64,000 bases of DNA from Camelus ferus (Eukaryota). The DNA lies in contig NC_045696.1 in the NCBI RefSeq assembly GCF_009834535.1, positions 25,918,001-25,982,000 of the forward strand. The letters run 5' to 3'. Positions 38,046-51,714 of the stretch are shown piece after piece. Numbering within the stretch: position 1 is the first letter of the stretch; every line of letters starts with the position of its first letter. The translations under genes were made by a program, and so were the position numbers. The notes beneath the pieces were generated by a model, which worked only from the letters and a program-made list of their open reading frames with translations, was not told where the DNA came from and made no database searches.

Positions 38046-41000
38046 TTCTTATCCATCAAAGGCTTAAGGACCATTCTTTGCCTTATCAGAGGTGTGGCAC
38101 AGACAGGGTAGTCTGAGTGTACCGGTGGTTCAGCCAAGTACAGAATTGTTCCTGGGTGTTCCAGAATCCCTGCTCATTTATATCTCTACTTTCTCCTTGA
38201 GGCCAGGATTATGGAAGTGGGCTTTTGATTAATACTTTTATTCTTGCATGTACATTAATACTTTTATTCTTGTATCACATATAACTGAGCCAGTTATATG
38301 AGCCTGTTAGGCCTTCAGGGAAGCACATGACATGTCTGCTTCAAATATTTTACTGCTCAGAGGGGAAAAGGGTTTAATCAAAGTCTCAGGGCACAAGACT
38401 CTCAGCTCTGTGAGGGTGGGACTCCCTCCCTTTGGCACAATACCTGCCACATAGTATACGTAAGCGTTTGTTTCAGTGTTTTAATAAAATTACTGATACC
38501 ACTGAGGTGATTGTTTTCATATGAAAGCCAGTTAAAAGTACAATATAAACCATATTTTCTTTCCACTCTATATAGGTAGACCTCACTGCAGCACCTGAAA
38601 TAGTTATATCCTTACAACTCAGTTTGCCTTTACTGAAAAGAAGAATGCATTTGAGAAAATAGACACTACTCTTTGGCTATTGAACTGTTAAGGCATCTCT
38701 AGACTTCCTTGAGAACTTAACAATATAAAGACAACTTTTTTAGCTTTTATCATTTAGCTGACGCTTACGTTTTCATGAGATACTTTGCCCCAGCTGCTCA
38801 TCTAGGTATGTTATATATTAATTCATTTTCTTCTTATAACATGGGATAGGAGATATTATCATTGCTGTTTTACACTGAAGTACTGAGAGGGTTAGTAATT
38901 TACTAAAAGTTACCCAACTCTTAACTCTGGTTCTCAAGTTTGAGTCTAGAGTCCATGTTCTTAAATGGCCTTGCTGTGAGGTCTTACATTTATTTATATG
39001 GTGCCTTAGAATTCAAAAATTGTGGTTTACATGAACTCATTTCATCCTTAACATAGTATATAGAAGCAGACATAATTTTTGGTCCACCTTGCAGATGAAA
39101 CACCTGAGGCTCAGAGCAGCACATCTGAGGCTAATCTGGGTCCAGAAATGACTGGTTTTATTCCCTGAATAACCACTTAACTATCTTTGTGCTGAGATAA
39201 AGAGATGAATCGGTGTTTCTCACTGTGCCCCTCAATTCTCCAGTCCCACTAGCTTCTCAGAAGTTTCAATGCTGTCACCCTCTGATTTCGCCAACTGGAT
39301 TTCTCTGGTTGCTTTGGATACTCGGTGACCCAGTCACATTTTATATCTTACTCTAGTCAGAATTCTAGAAATAGATTTTACATTCAGTTGTTTTATCTGT
39401 TTATGTATGTTATGCTTTATGAAGGCATTTTTGACATTTTCCTTTTTCATAGTATTAATGAGACTGACTTACTAAGCATTCTTTGCTCCAAGATAGACTA
39501 TGTTCTAGATTTAATGATTTTCTATGCTAATCTTTCAGGGTTTTCTAACAGCAAAAATCCTTCTGAGGCTAAATCCTTATCTGGGCCCACTGAATAGTTG
39601 GTATTTCTATTTATGATGTTTTGAAATTTGAGAAAAAATACTTTAAAATATTATCAAGATACGCTATGTAAGAAGTAGGACTGTAAATTAATAAAACCTA
39701 TCCTGTAGTTCTCACAAGAAAATCAATTCCACCTCAAAGTAGTTCAGTGTAGTGTTTGTCTTTATGTATCCTGGGTCCTTTATTTATTTACATTGTTGTT
39801 AATTACTGTGTCTCCAGAATGGTGCTTATGCACAGGTAGTGCTGTCCAACCTACTCATAGGGGAACATTTAATTTGTGACAATAATTATGGATCACAGTG
39901 GAACTTCCATGGGAATGAAAGCCAGCATTAGCCGAGGGGTGTATTGTTTATATCAGATATGCTCCAGTGAATAAATCAGTAACAAAAAAGTTTCCGAAAT
40001 TCAGAAGCTTATTTTAAGAATATGTTAGCCAAAGTTGGGTCTCAGTATGACTTTATGATGACTAGACAAAATTCCTCTAATCCCGTATCTTGCAGAGGGT
40101 AGGTAGCTTTTTAGATTATGCAGTATTAAATAATATTCTAACCCCATGTTTGTTCACCTAAACAGAGGACAGATTAAATTGTAAAGCTTATTTGAGAAAT
40201 GAGCACATTTAGCTCTTTTCCTGTATTTTTTCTTCTCTTGGCTTTTGTGTCCAGTGTTTCTTCCCAAGCAGTGTTATGCAAATGAACCAATTAATGATAG
40301 ATAAAATGGTCTTCCTACCTCTCAGAGTTTGTAACTGGAAGGGCAACACCGTAAGTCACGTACCTATTCAGTGGGTTCTATAGGCCACTGTGAGGGTCTG
40401 ATTAGCTTGACTGTGGAAGACAATCGCAGAGGCATCTGCTCAGTTAATTCTGAGAGAAAATTTACCAGATGGAGGCTGAAGATTTAAGTGATTAGAAGGT
40501 AGTAGATTGGAATACAAATTGGATTAAAAGAAATTAGATTGATATAAATCGAATTGAGTCACAACAGTTTGTGTTGTTCGTACCAAGGGGCAGTGGATTA
40601 TGGGAGAAGCAGATGCTCCAATGAGATAGGAATTAATGTGGCTTTGACAGTCCATCTGCGAAGGTCTGAATATCGAGTACATCCCTAATCTCTCTCTCCA
40701 TTTATCAATGCCATAATGTTAATTAGTACTTCATTCATTAAGTTACTTACAGAAGAAAAAATCTCACCCCTATCCCCTGTCTGCTTGAGAATTTGTTATT
40801 CTGCCAAGAATTGGAAAGCTCTCTTCAGCTGAGCTAGCTGCAGTTGACTGTGAGGGTAGACCTGTGTCCTTTTCCTCATGCATACAACTAACTACCTTTG
40901 GCATGAGTGCAATAAGCTTGAAAATCTTTGCTCGTATATTCCTCTTCATAAATATGTACTTACGTGAAGCTTTGCATTAATGACTAAGCATGGTGCCACT

Positions 41001-42314
41001 AAAAAAAGAGTGGCTATATTAATTTGATAATAAAATTATATATATTCTACATTCTGGCTTTTATAAGATGTTCATTGGAGTTATATGTTTTGTGTAATGA
41101 TTCAAATGTTTAACATTAATGTTGAGTGGCAGATTCCTCCTTGAAGGGAAAAATAAGAAAATTTTCATTCCCATAATACTGTGACTGTTTATACCCAAAT
41201 GTGTGTGTGTATGTGTGTGTGATGTCTGTGTGTTAGTTTATGGGAAATTTCAGGTTACTGACACTGTTGTGCTTTGTTGTATAGTATCTGGACCTGCTCG
41301 TTAAAGAAAAAAAGTTGAATGAAATGAAATTAAAAGAAACATACCATTTTAAATGCCTTTGCTTATGTGGGAAATATGACCCTCTAAAATCCGAGGTGTA
41401 TTGGCATGGGAACCTCATTATTACACCATTGGCCACAGCAGTGAAGCTCAGCATAAGGCAGTTCTGTCTTGGATCCCATCCAAGGGAACTGAGCCAGTGG
41501 AGATCCAAAGGTGATCGCACCTCTAAGGCAGCCCAAGGGTGTAGACGCTAAGGGACAACCATGCGGAAATGCTCCTGTGTATTAATAATAATCACGCAAA
41601 TACAGTTCCTGGAGACTAAAGCGATGAGATGGGCAAAAATGGAACATCAAATCCTGTGATGCAAGAAGCATATCATTAAAGGTTATGCCAAGTCATTCAG
41701 AAATAATTGTAGTATGGCAAATGTGGGCTGTCTGCCAGTGTACATACAGGAAGAATTTAAATTTTTTTTATGTAGAGGAAGACAGTGGTTAGTGCAAAAG
41801 TGTGTCAAGTGTTTGAAAATCCTTGGTTTTATGAAAAAAATTCTGTGGGCAGTGATCACTTCAGGCAATGTTCTTAGTAAAGGAATAAGATATATGTATA
41901 TATACCTTACATTTACATATGTATCTATGTGTATATATATATATGGATATGATATCTGTATCTTCTGTTTATATGATATATTTACATAAATGGCTCCTCC
42001 TCCCCCAGGCTGACCTTAGGTTTCTCCTCAATCCTCACTGGACCCCAATACTAAGATAGCTTTTATTGTCATTGTAAATAATATTGGCTAAAGAATCTGA
42101 CACTCATGTTTTCTACTTCAGAAATAACTTGCCCTCTAGGAGCCAGAACTGAACCTGAGGTCTGTCTGAATCCAGAATATATACACTATCTGCTTAGGTC
42201 CTATGTTTAAACACTGTATGTGGCCCATCTTTTGAACTATATATTCACTAATACAATTTGATCATAATGAAAGAGTGTATCAAGCTAGATACCAGCAAAA
42301 GTTAGAAAAGAAGA

Positions 42315-43118
42315 AGGAATACTATTCCATGGTATAAATATACCACATCTTCTTTATCCAGTCATCTGTCAATGGACATTTAGGCTGTTTCCATGTCTTG
42401 GCTATTGTAAATAGTGCTGCTATGAACTTTAGGGTGCAGGTGTCTTTTTGAAGTAGGTTTCCTTCCGGATATATGCCCAGGAGTAGGATTACTGGGTCAT
42501 ATGGTAAGTCTATTCCTAGTCTTTTGAGGAATCTCCATACTGTTTTCCACAGTGGCTGCACCAAACTGCATTCCCACCAGCAGTGTAGGAGGGTTCCCTT
42601 TCCTCCACAGCCTCTCCAGCATTTGTCATTTGTGGAATACTATTCAGCCATAAAAATGACAACATAATGCCATTTGCAGCAACATGGATGTCCCTGGAGA
42701 ATGTCATTCTAAGTGAAGTAAGCCAGAAAGAGAAAGAAAAATACCATATGAGATCGTTCATATGTGGAACCTAAAAAAAAAAAAAAAGGAGAACATAAAT
42801 ACAAAACAGAAACAGACTCATAGTCATAGAATACAAACTTGTGGTTGCCAGGGGGGAGTGGGTAGGGAGGAACAGACTGGGAGTTCGAAATTTGTATATA
42901 CTAACAGGCATATGTAGAATAGACAAGATTATACTGTATAGCACAAGGAAATATATACAAGATCTTGTGGTAGCTCACAGTGAAAAAGAATGTGACAGTG
43001 AATATATGTATGTTCATGTATAACTGAAAAATTGTGCTCTGCTCTGAAAGTTGACACAGCATTGTAAACTGACTATAACTTAATTTAAAAAAGTACCACT
43101 GGGGGAAAAACACAAAAA
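42315..43118 (+). mobile_element. L1 insertion with 5' inversion (about 42315-42636 antisense; about 42633-43118 sense with 3'UTR and A-rich tail)
   Basis: Minus-strand [19 protein letters not shown]...KKMWYIYTME is the L1 ORF2 C-terminus, and the sense part continues from the same point. Direct repeat AGAAAAGAAGA at 42304-42314 and 43119-43129. Confidence 0.9.
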
Positions 43119-44359
43119 AGAAAAGAAGAGGGGAAAAAAAGCTAACGTGTCAGCCTGCAAAATGTAAAATGTAAAGCAAAATTCCTCATTGTAGTAAAGA
43201 GCAACCCCTAAAATCTGTCTTTTGCTGTTGTGAGAGTGATTAAATGCCACCTAAAAATAATTTAGTATTCAGGGGTCAGTCCCTTGTTCCTGTTTTGACA
43301 CTTCAGTTTTCAAGCTAATTGTTAGTTGTCTAATTGGTGGCAGTTGTCTTCATTAAGAACCATCAGCACATCAAGGTGGTGCTTATTGAGCCTGGCAAAG
43401 TCAGACATTGTGCTCTTATTCATGCCTTTGTTTCTGTGTCTGATCATTGGCTGTTTAATACCTTGTTGAGCCCAATGAGGATAATTAAAGGAATCACTTG
43501 GTTGTAAACTAATGAAAACAGATATACAACCTCCTCATTTCCTGATTATTGATAGATTTTAGGTAGTGGGTATGTTTTCACTGTGAAGTGTTTGTGTTTC
43601 TGTACATTTGAGTTCAGTTCACATTTACTGGTGAATGCATGTTAACTACATCAAAGCTGCTACACTCTTTTTTTTCAGCTCATCATCTCACAGGAAATGT
43701 TTAGAAATTGAATTAAGGACCCTATTTACCAGATAGTATTTCTTTATTTTATTTTTAAAGGTACACATAAGTCAAATAGAAGAAAATCAACCAGATTTTA
43801 ATTGATGTCTGCTTTATCATTTTAGGATTCATATGAGGAAGCTGTCCAATAGACCTGATTTCAGTGTGGGCAGTTGAGATAAATTTATCAGATATAAGCC
43901 ACCTCAAAAAAAGAGTCTGCATCTCATTTTTTTCCACCTGCAGTGAACATATTTTTTCAAATTTGCAGTGAACTCAGAAAATGGAGAAACACAGCCAAGT
44001 TTTAATACAGTAAGTGATGTTCTGGCACCTTTGACTATAAATCAGTGTTGCAAAGACATTGTGGCAGCATGAGTAAATGCTGTCCAAATAAATGCCGAGC
44101 CTTGGCATGATGGTTCAGAGTTTTGTGCTTCATCATAAAACTCACAAGGCAATTTGCTTAATCCTGGCTGCATAAACTGGGCTTAGAAAAGTGCAATTTG
44201 TAATTCAGCTGGCTGAATAAATGGATTTCTACTGGCCAAGGGAGTGAGAAGAATTTAGAGCGCTCCGTGAAAGCGTGAGATTTACTTGGCTAACATGCTT
44301 GTTTGTTTGTTTAAAGGAAAGTTACGCCTTACTGTCTAAAATCCAAAAGTATTTTTCTA

Positions 44360-44870
44360 GGTGTGGAGTGATGAGGGAGAGGAATAGGAATGTACTTGGA
44401 ACCGAGAAACTCTAAGGCTTTTGGAATAATGGTAGTGTGAAATTGAGTCTAGAGAGGGATGGAAGTGAGCAGCAGACACAAAGTGAAAGAAAGAAGGAAG
44501 GATCCTCAGGAATCCGTGCATAAGTGAATCTGAAAGAAATTGAGGGGTTAAACCCCACAACTAAGATTTTTAAAGGGACCTGAAGAAAGATGGAATTTTG
44601 TTGGGAAGGAGAGAGGGATGATATATGGGACAGGAGAGGGGTGAGGGGTCCATTTTGAGATACGCAGAATTTGAGGTTACGAATGAGCATTCAGGTAGCA
44701 CCTGAACCAAGCCTAGAGCTGCCCTTAGCTGGAGAATACTAAACTAGAGATTTGGCTCTTGTCATAGAAATGATACCTGACACAGTGAGAGAGAATAAGT
44801 TCCCTGCAGGAAGTATTAAGAGCAGAGGTCTAAAGCACACACCTGAGGAGGCCTTAACTATCGAGTCAGA
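44360..44870 (-). mobile_element. L2 fragment
   Basis: Purine-rich antisense L2-like sequence (gggtccattttgagatacgcagaatttgagg). Confidence 0.5.
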
Positions 44871-47529
44871 AATTATTTGACTCAATTCAAACTTTTAGTT
44901 CAGTAGTTTACATATAACTCAAAGATTTTTTTCTCCCTTGTGATGGAAATTTATAACAAAAGTAACCAGTAGCAGTGTTCTTTATTTTTTTTTAAATGTC
45001 AACATCAATTTGTATATCTCATACAAAAACACTCCAGTACAGTTATTATTGCCTCCTTTGAAAATAGTATACCTACATGGAATATTAAGCAAACAACATT
45101 TTACTCTTTTAAAATTCATACCCCTTTCATTTTCTTCCAGATTTTCAGTTGCTGCTTGTTTCTAAAATCCATCTTGTCAGAGTTTGATGTATTGAGTACT
45201 TGAATGTAAAAGCAACTTTTCTACATTTACAAAAATAGCCGCCCTATTCTAAGCTATCGTTATTCTTGTCTTTCACTGTTAACTGTAACTCTATACATTT
45301 GTATTCCTCTGCCTGTGAGCATTTTCTCCTCCTTCAGCATAATCCAGAATAATTCTTTGTGTTCCACTCCTTTCGCTTTGTGACAAGAAAGCATTGCATT
45401 TTGAGAGTGGCTGGATGGAGGTTAATTCCATGTCTGCATGGTAATAACCTGGAAAAACCTGGGGATGATTGGTTTCATTTGATCCCTCATCTGATAAGGC
45501 TTCAAAGTAAATGAACTGAGTGGAAAATAACATTTTTCATAAGTTTTCTAGAAACTGCAGATGTTTTTTGAGAGACCCAAGGAATTGAGTCTCTGATGTA
45601 TTTTAGCGAAATATAATTCAAGCAGAAAAAGATCATTTTAAAACATTCATAGTACTCCCATTTGCTGCTTTTCTCCATTCAGCAGAAAAACAAGCTTGTT
45701 TTTCTCTATGCAGACACACTCTTTTTAACTGAAAACTACACTCAGGATTTCTGTTGCAGCAATGATGTTATCTGGTGGTCATTTCACTCTGAAACAGAAG
45801 ACATCCCTTGAAAGGAAATTTAACGTTTTATTAAATCACTCACTTTTAAAAGGCATTAACAGATAGCATAAATAGACAAAAATGAAGAGAAATTAGGTCC
45901 CCAAATGAAAAGTATCCCAATAATTAAGGTAGCTCATATTCTTTATTTGCTGGACTAAAGCTACTCTGACTTTCAGTCTAAATTTAACTAAACATTTGTA
46001 TGCTTTGCAATAGAAGTCATATCAAAATCATTATGATTTACTAAATAATTTTTTTCGTAAAGAGACTTAGATTTATATTTATTTATTATTTTAATGCAGT
46101 GCATAAAGTGAGGGACACAATGCCATCTCAGTCTTTTTTGATAGTATCCTAAAGATTTGGAAACAGATTTAATTCCAAGCCTAAAAACTATCTGCAACTG
46201 ATGAAACATGGCCTCTTTTTCAACCTATTCTGGATCAAAATCTTGTCCGAGGTGTTTTTAGGGGAGTAAATACTTCAAAAGTGAATTTAGGTGCATATCT
46301 TGCAGATAACTCCATAGAAATGTGATGCTGTCGCTTCCATTCAGTTTGGTCAACTGTGAAGGCCCATTCATGCTGAGCTTGATGGTCAAACACAAAGCAA
46401 TAAGTACAGGTTGTATTCAGATATCTTTATACACTTCTTTTACTTTCCAAGGTAGAGGCTTCAGAAAAAGAATTTCAGCATGCCATTGTACAACGTTAAG
46501 AAAACTGAATACAATATGGCTGTTCCCACTTTGCAAGCAAAAAATTTTTCTTTTTGTCCTTGGAATCGCTATACTCACCTTTGACTTGGTTTTATTATTG
46601 CAAGAGGTCTTATCCTTATTTTAAAAATACAGTTCTATAGAACTGTAATTTAGAGATTTCAAGGAAGAAATATCTTTCATTTAAAGGGAGAAAATGATTT
46701 TGTTACCACCACCCCTTTAAATTACTGGTAAGTGTTAAATTCAGAAAGTGTTCTGATAATATCCCATTTCCTGATTGTCATTTAAGTCATGTTATCATGC
46801 TCTCTAAAAAGATTCTTTTGATAGTCCTTAATCATCATTAAACTTATAATAGAAAAGTAACCAAAAAACAGAGTCTTTCTATGTGTTGATCATGCAGTGG
46901 TTTCAAGATTTTCACAAAGAAAAATCAGTATTGGTATAACCTATTTCAATAAAATATTTAAGGAAACACAAAGGATTATTTAATATCAATATCTGATTAA
47001 ACTCCAGTGAATATTATTTGCAAATGATTTCTTCAGCATGCCAAGATGGTAGCACCTGGTACTAAAGTCCCACACATCCAATTTGTCGTAAACCACAGTA
47101 GAAGCAATCTTCAGTTGTTCTAGAGTTTTTTGATCAAAATTTAGCTATCTGTAGCTCCACTGACAGAATAACAAAAGTGATATACTTACTCATATATTTA
47201 TATAAAATATTGATTGAGCACCTAGTATTTTCATCTTTAGAACTTTGGTGTATGTCATAAATCTGACTAAGGTGCAGAGTTGAAAACATGGAGCCTTCAG
47301 GGAAATGTAGGTAAGGGATACCATTCAGAATGACCTTTAATTTGGTAGGTAGGAACAGCCTGTGGTGAAAATCACAATGGAGAGATAGGCAGAAGCTGTA
47401 TTTTGAATGACCTGCAATTGCAGGAAAACTACGTCTTGCAGATGGTAGTCCTCTGTCTTAATGGGGTCACAAATTCCTTTGAGTGTAGTGATAGAGGTTA
47501 TACTAATAAAGTGATTATATATTATAGTA

Positions 47530-47690
47530 ACACCAATAGTAGTAAACATTTACTGAGTGCTTACTGTGTGCTCAGCCCATGGAAAAATCTCATGTAGTCA
47601 TTGCAGCAGTGCTGTTAGGTTGGTACTGCTATGTTTTATAGATGTGGAAACCAAAGTGTGGAGACGGTAAGAGACTTGCCTGATTTTGTA
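47530..47690 (-). mobile_element. MIR SINE
   Basis: aacatttactgagtgcttactgtgtgc...ttttatagatgtggaaaccaaag...ggtaagagacttgcc. Confidence 0.7.
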
Positions 47691-50600
47691 TTCTTGTCTT
47701 GCATTTGGACTAGAACAATTTCAAGTCAGAGTTCTCTTATTGACAGAGAATCTGTATTAACTGTCAATGATACATTTTATCATTTCTTTTAAAGGTACAT
47801 GCACACACATGCACAGAATTTTACCCAATATCTGAGATGTCATCCTCCATTCCATGGTCTTGCCTCTGTTCCATATAAATTAATCCATGGTTTAAGAACC
47901 ATATTTTAAAAAGATAATAGTGTAATATGATGAGATTCATATGTTAGGCCAACTTCTTCAGTAGTTGGATGTCAACTGGAATTGAACAAGTCTAAAACCA
48001 GTCTTTGTGTGTATTACTCAGACATGATACAGCTAATACATTTGGCTCATGGCAGTTCTAATTTTCGGGGTAATGATTTAGCCATTATTCTTTTAAGAAA
48101 ATTTCTGGATTGTACCAATATTCTCAATTCTGTTAAAAAAAATCCTTAGTATACAATACAGTAAAAGAACTTTGTAATTTTAACTGGGTTCATTGACTCT
48201 CAATTTAACTTTATAATAAGATATTTCAGATTAAAGAAAAATATATCAAGAGTTCTAGGCAAATTTACCAGAAACTAAATATTTAACAAAGTTTAGCACA
48301 GGTATAAAATACCAGTGCTTGTAGGAATGATATTTTCTGACACTAATACGGGGACCTTTGGCATCTGCAGTTACTAAGATTAATGCTACTAGCACAAAAT
48401 TTTCAAAATATATTGCTTAGGAAATAGAATAGAAGGCCAAAATGTTATCACTCCGTTAGGAGTTTATGTAAGTAGAATGTCTTTTTATGGAAACTCATTC
48501 ATAGTCTCCACCAAATAAATATTGATAGTTTTTAGAAAATTAAACATTATTAAACAACTGAATGAGGTTGGAGATTGTTTCATTGCATCATTTTTTTGTA
48601 AAGCCAAATGCAATTTTAAACCAATTAAATATAATAAATATGACAATAAGAAGCTAAATTTCAAAGATATCTTCCTGGAATACAGATTGTTTTTGTCACT
48701 GTAAGGCAAATCTACATAACCCATGAAAATCTCTGATTTGGTGGCAAATCATTCTTTAAAGAATGTCTTCAACAATGGTTAAGATGTAGCAAATTGATTT
48801 GAAATAGTTTTGGTTAATATCCAGGTTAATATGTTGGCTCCTCACTGAATTGTTGGAAAGTGAATTTATAAAGTAGGAAATTAAGTTTTTATTTCTCAGG
48901 AGAAAACCACTCCTAAAAACTTACTTGGAAACCTTTCAGATTTGTGGTTTCAAAATATCTCTTCAGTGTTTTAGAGATATTCTCATGTATCCCACACCTT
49001 TTTAAGTTGCTTTCTGCTGTTGGTTCTTATTTACCCAAACCAGTCCTGCCTTCCCTCTGGGTTCTGGTGCTCTCACCTGGGCCCACCTGCTCATGAGATG
49101 TCAGCGGCTCAGTGCGTTGGGTGCAGGCAGCCAAAAAGTGAAATAATTTTCTAATATAAAAAGCAATTAAAACTTACATAACAAAGACACTGAATAACAT
49201 AAGGTGGTTGGAGAAAAAAAGGAGAATGTATTTCACTTTTATTATTTTCAGCAACTTTTGTTGTGTACACAAATAAAGACCTGAAATATACAATTGTGAA
49301 ATTTAGAGAAAAAGTTTTATGAAATCTGTCTTAGTTACTTTATCCTTATAGCAACCTGCTCACCCTGAATAAGAAAAGACATTTTAAGAATCTTTTACTA
49401 AGGTTGTATTTTAACTACTGGATAAAAGATTTACTTTTAAGATGAGTATATATGTATTACCAGTTGATCTTTGGTTTAAGTGATTTATAGAACCATGTAT
49501 TTACTGGCAGTGTGAATACACTTTAATAGAAATTTAAGAATAAATTTTAAGTGTTACATCAGCTGCTTTTTAAACAAAAACTTTTAAATCATTGTTAAAC
49601 TTTGGAGGGTGCTCTAAAAAGGCATTTTGACAACCATTGCTTTTGATAGTAGACACAAGACCTATCAAGGGCAAACCTATCTAATCTCTACTTACATTAA
49701 AAATATGAACGTTAATCTATAGTGTATATCTTTAAAAATTTGCTCTGTGGTAATAAATTTAAACTGCTACCCATTATCTTTTCTTATAGATATGTCCATT
49801 ATGATGTGATGGCCATAAAGAGTGTAATCATGTTATAAAACAATGAACTTGTGGCAACCTACTCTTCTAGGTGACTCAATTTTGAAATAAAGAAATAGTA
49901 CCATTAGAGAGTTTAGTTAACTTGCTTAAGATCACATATGTAATCACATAATGGCCAAGGGAAAAACAAAACAAAACAAAAAAACCCCCAAATACAACAG
50001 AAATCTAGTGCTTGGGACTTTCTATTTTAGACTTCCAAAATACAGATAAAAAAGAATGATAGGAAGAAGTTATTCTGAAAACAGAGCTAAGGCCACTATG
50101 TTGTAGTTTTCAGTTTTGGGGAAAGAAACTTCATTTCTTTGCTTCTCTATGTCTTTTTTTCCCTTTCTTCTCAACTGTAAAATGGGGTTTGGGAAAAGAG
50201 GGTCTCGGAGTAGCTCAATCTTTTGCCTGTTGGACCTGGGAGATTGGGTAAACAGGGAGCACATGAGATGCCATAGAACTAAAGCTTTCAGAATCGAGGC
50301 TGCCGTGTTTGACAAGAAACGTCTTTAATTTTTGTCGTTCCCTTTCACACCCTTGGCCCTTCAGATTTATGACATTAAAAAGCCATTCAGAATTTTTGTA
50401 ATAAATAACGTATTTCTAGGCCTCAATTTAATTTTGATGTCTTATCTAATTTAAACTTATTTTTAACTTTGCTGTGTTTCCAAAAGAAATGAGTTTTAAA
50501 ATTTATTTAGTTCATTGCCAAATTAGATCATCTCCTGAGAGAGTTTCTAAGGTTCAAACGGATGAAACAGTCTTTGTGTTTTCCTAACACTGGCTTTCTC

Positions 50601-51118
50601 ACCACTTCTTATCACATCGTAAGACCTCTAGGGGGAAAAAAAATTCTTACATCCCTCTTCTATTTCCCCTTCCTCATAAGGGAAGTACACTGGAACTTAT
50701 TCATCATGAAGAATTAAAGGATAGCATAGTTCTAAGGACAGACTTGATGGAGTTATTAATTAAGTCCACATTATTACAAATTATGTCTGCTCACTAATCA
50801 ATGTGGACAGCATTTGTAGTGGCACAGAGGTATGTTTCTGTGGAGAAAATTTTAAATAGGCTTTATTTTGGGAAAACAGAAATCAGTAACAGCTTTAATT
50901 CTTTAGAAATCTAGTATAAAAAGGTCAACCTGATCTAGCTAAAATTTACCATGCAGAAAAATTGTTAATACAAGAATGACCTCAGAGAAGAGAAACTCTT
51001 GTCAGTGTGGTTAGAGTTGCAAGGGGCAAATTTTGGAAAGAGTATTTGTAATCATTAAAGGAAAAAATAAATTACATTGGATGCTTATTACATGTCCTTG
51101 TGATCTAGATATATGTTT

Positions 51119-51714
51119 TATTTAGTTTTTTGTTGTTAAATTGAAGTATAGTTAATTACAGTGTGTCCATTTCTGGCATACAGCACAATGTCCCAGTCAT
51201 GCATATACATACATACATATATTTGTTTTCATATTCTTTTTCATTAAAGGTTATTACAAAATATTGAATATAGTTTCCTGTGCTGTATGGAAGAAGTCTT
51301 TTTAATCTATTTTTATATGTAGTGGCTAACATTTACAAATCTCAAACTCCCAAATTTATCCCTTCCACCTCCTTCCCCCTCCCAGTAACCATAAGATCAT
51401 TTACTATGTCTGTGACTCTATACCTGTTTTGTAGATGAGTTCATTAGTGCCCTCTTTTTTTTTTTTTTTGTTTCCACATATGAGTGATATCATATGGTAT
51501 TTTTCTTTCTGCTTACTTCACTTAGAATGATGATCTCTAGGTCCATCCATTTTGCTGCAGATGGCATTATGCTATTCTTTTTTATGGCTGAGTAGTATTC
51601 CATTGAATAAACATACCACAACTTCTTTATCTAGTCATCTGTCTGTAGACTTTTAGGTTGTTTCCACGTCTTGGCTATTATATATAGTGCTGCTATAAAC
51701 ATTGGGGTGCATGT
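51119..51714 (-). mobile_element. 5'-truncated L1 (ORF2 end plus 3'UTR), related to the 36.4-kb and 42.3-kb copies
   Basis: T-rich start, attgaagtatagttaattaca..., ttccacatatgagtgatatcatatggtatttttctttc; candidate TSD ATATATGTTT at 51109-51118 and 51720-51729. Confidence 0.88.

Noticed and set aside
38228..38272. 19-bp direct repeat ATTAATACTTTTATTCTTG
   Set aside because: Only two copies; ordinary slippage duplication, not an array.
42322..42564. 80-aa minus-strand ORF as a gene
   Set aside because: It is the L1 ORF2 C-terminal remnant in the inverted segment.
43741..43770. Other poly-Y AG|GT sites (for example about 33270, 38575, 43760, 47795) as recursive sites
   Set aside because: The reconstituted donors (GTTCAA, GTAGAC, GTACAC, GTACAT) are weak.
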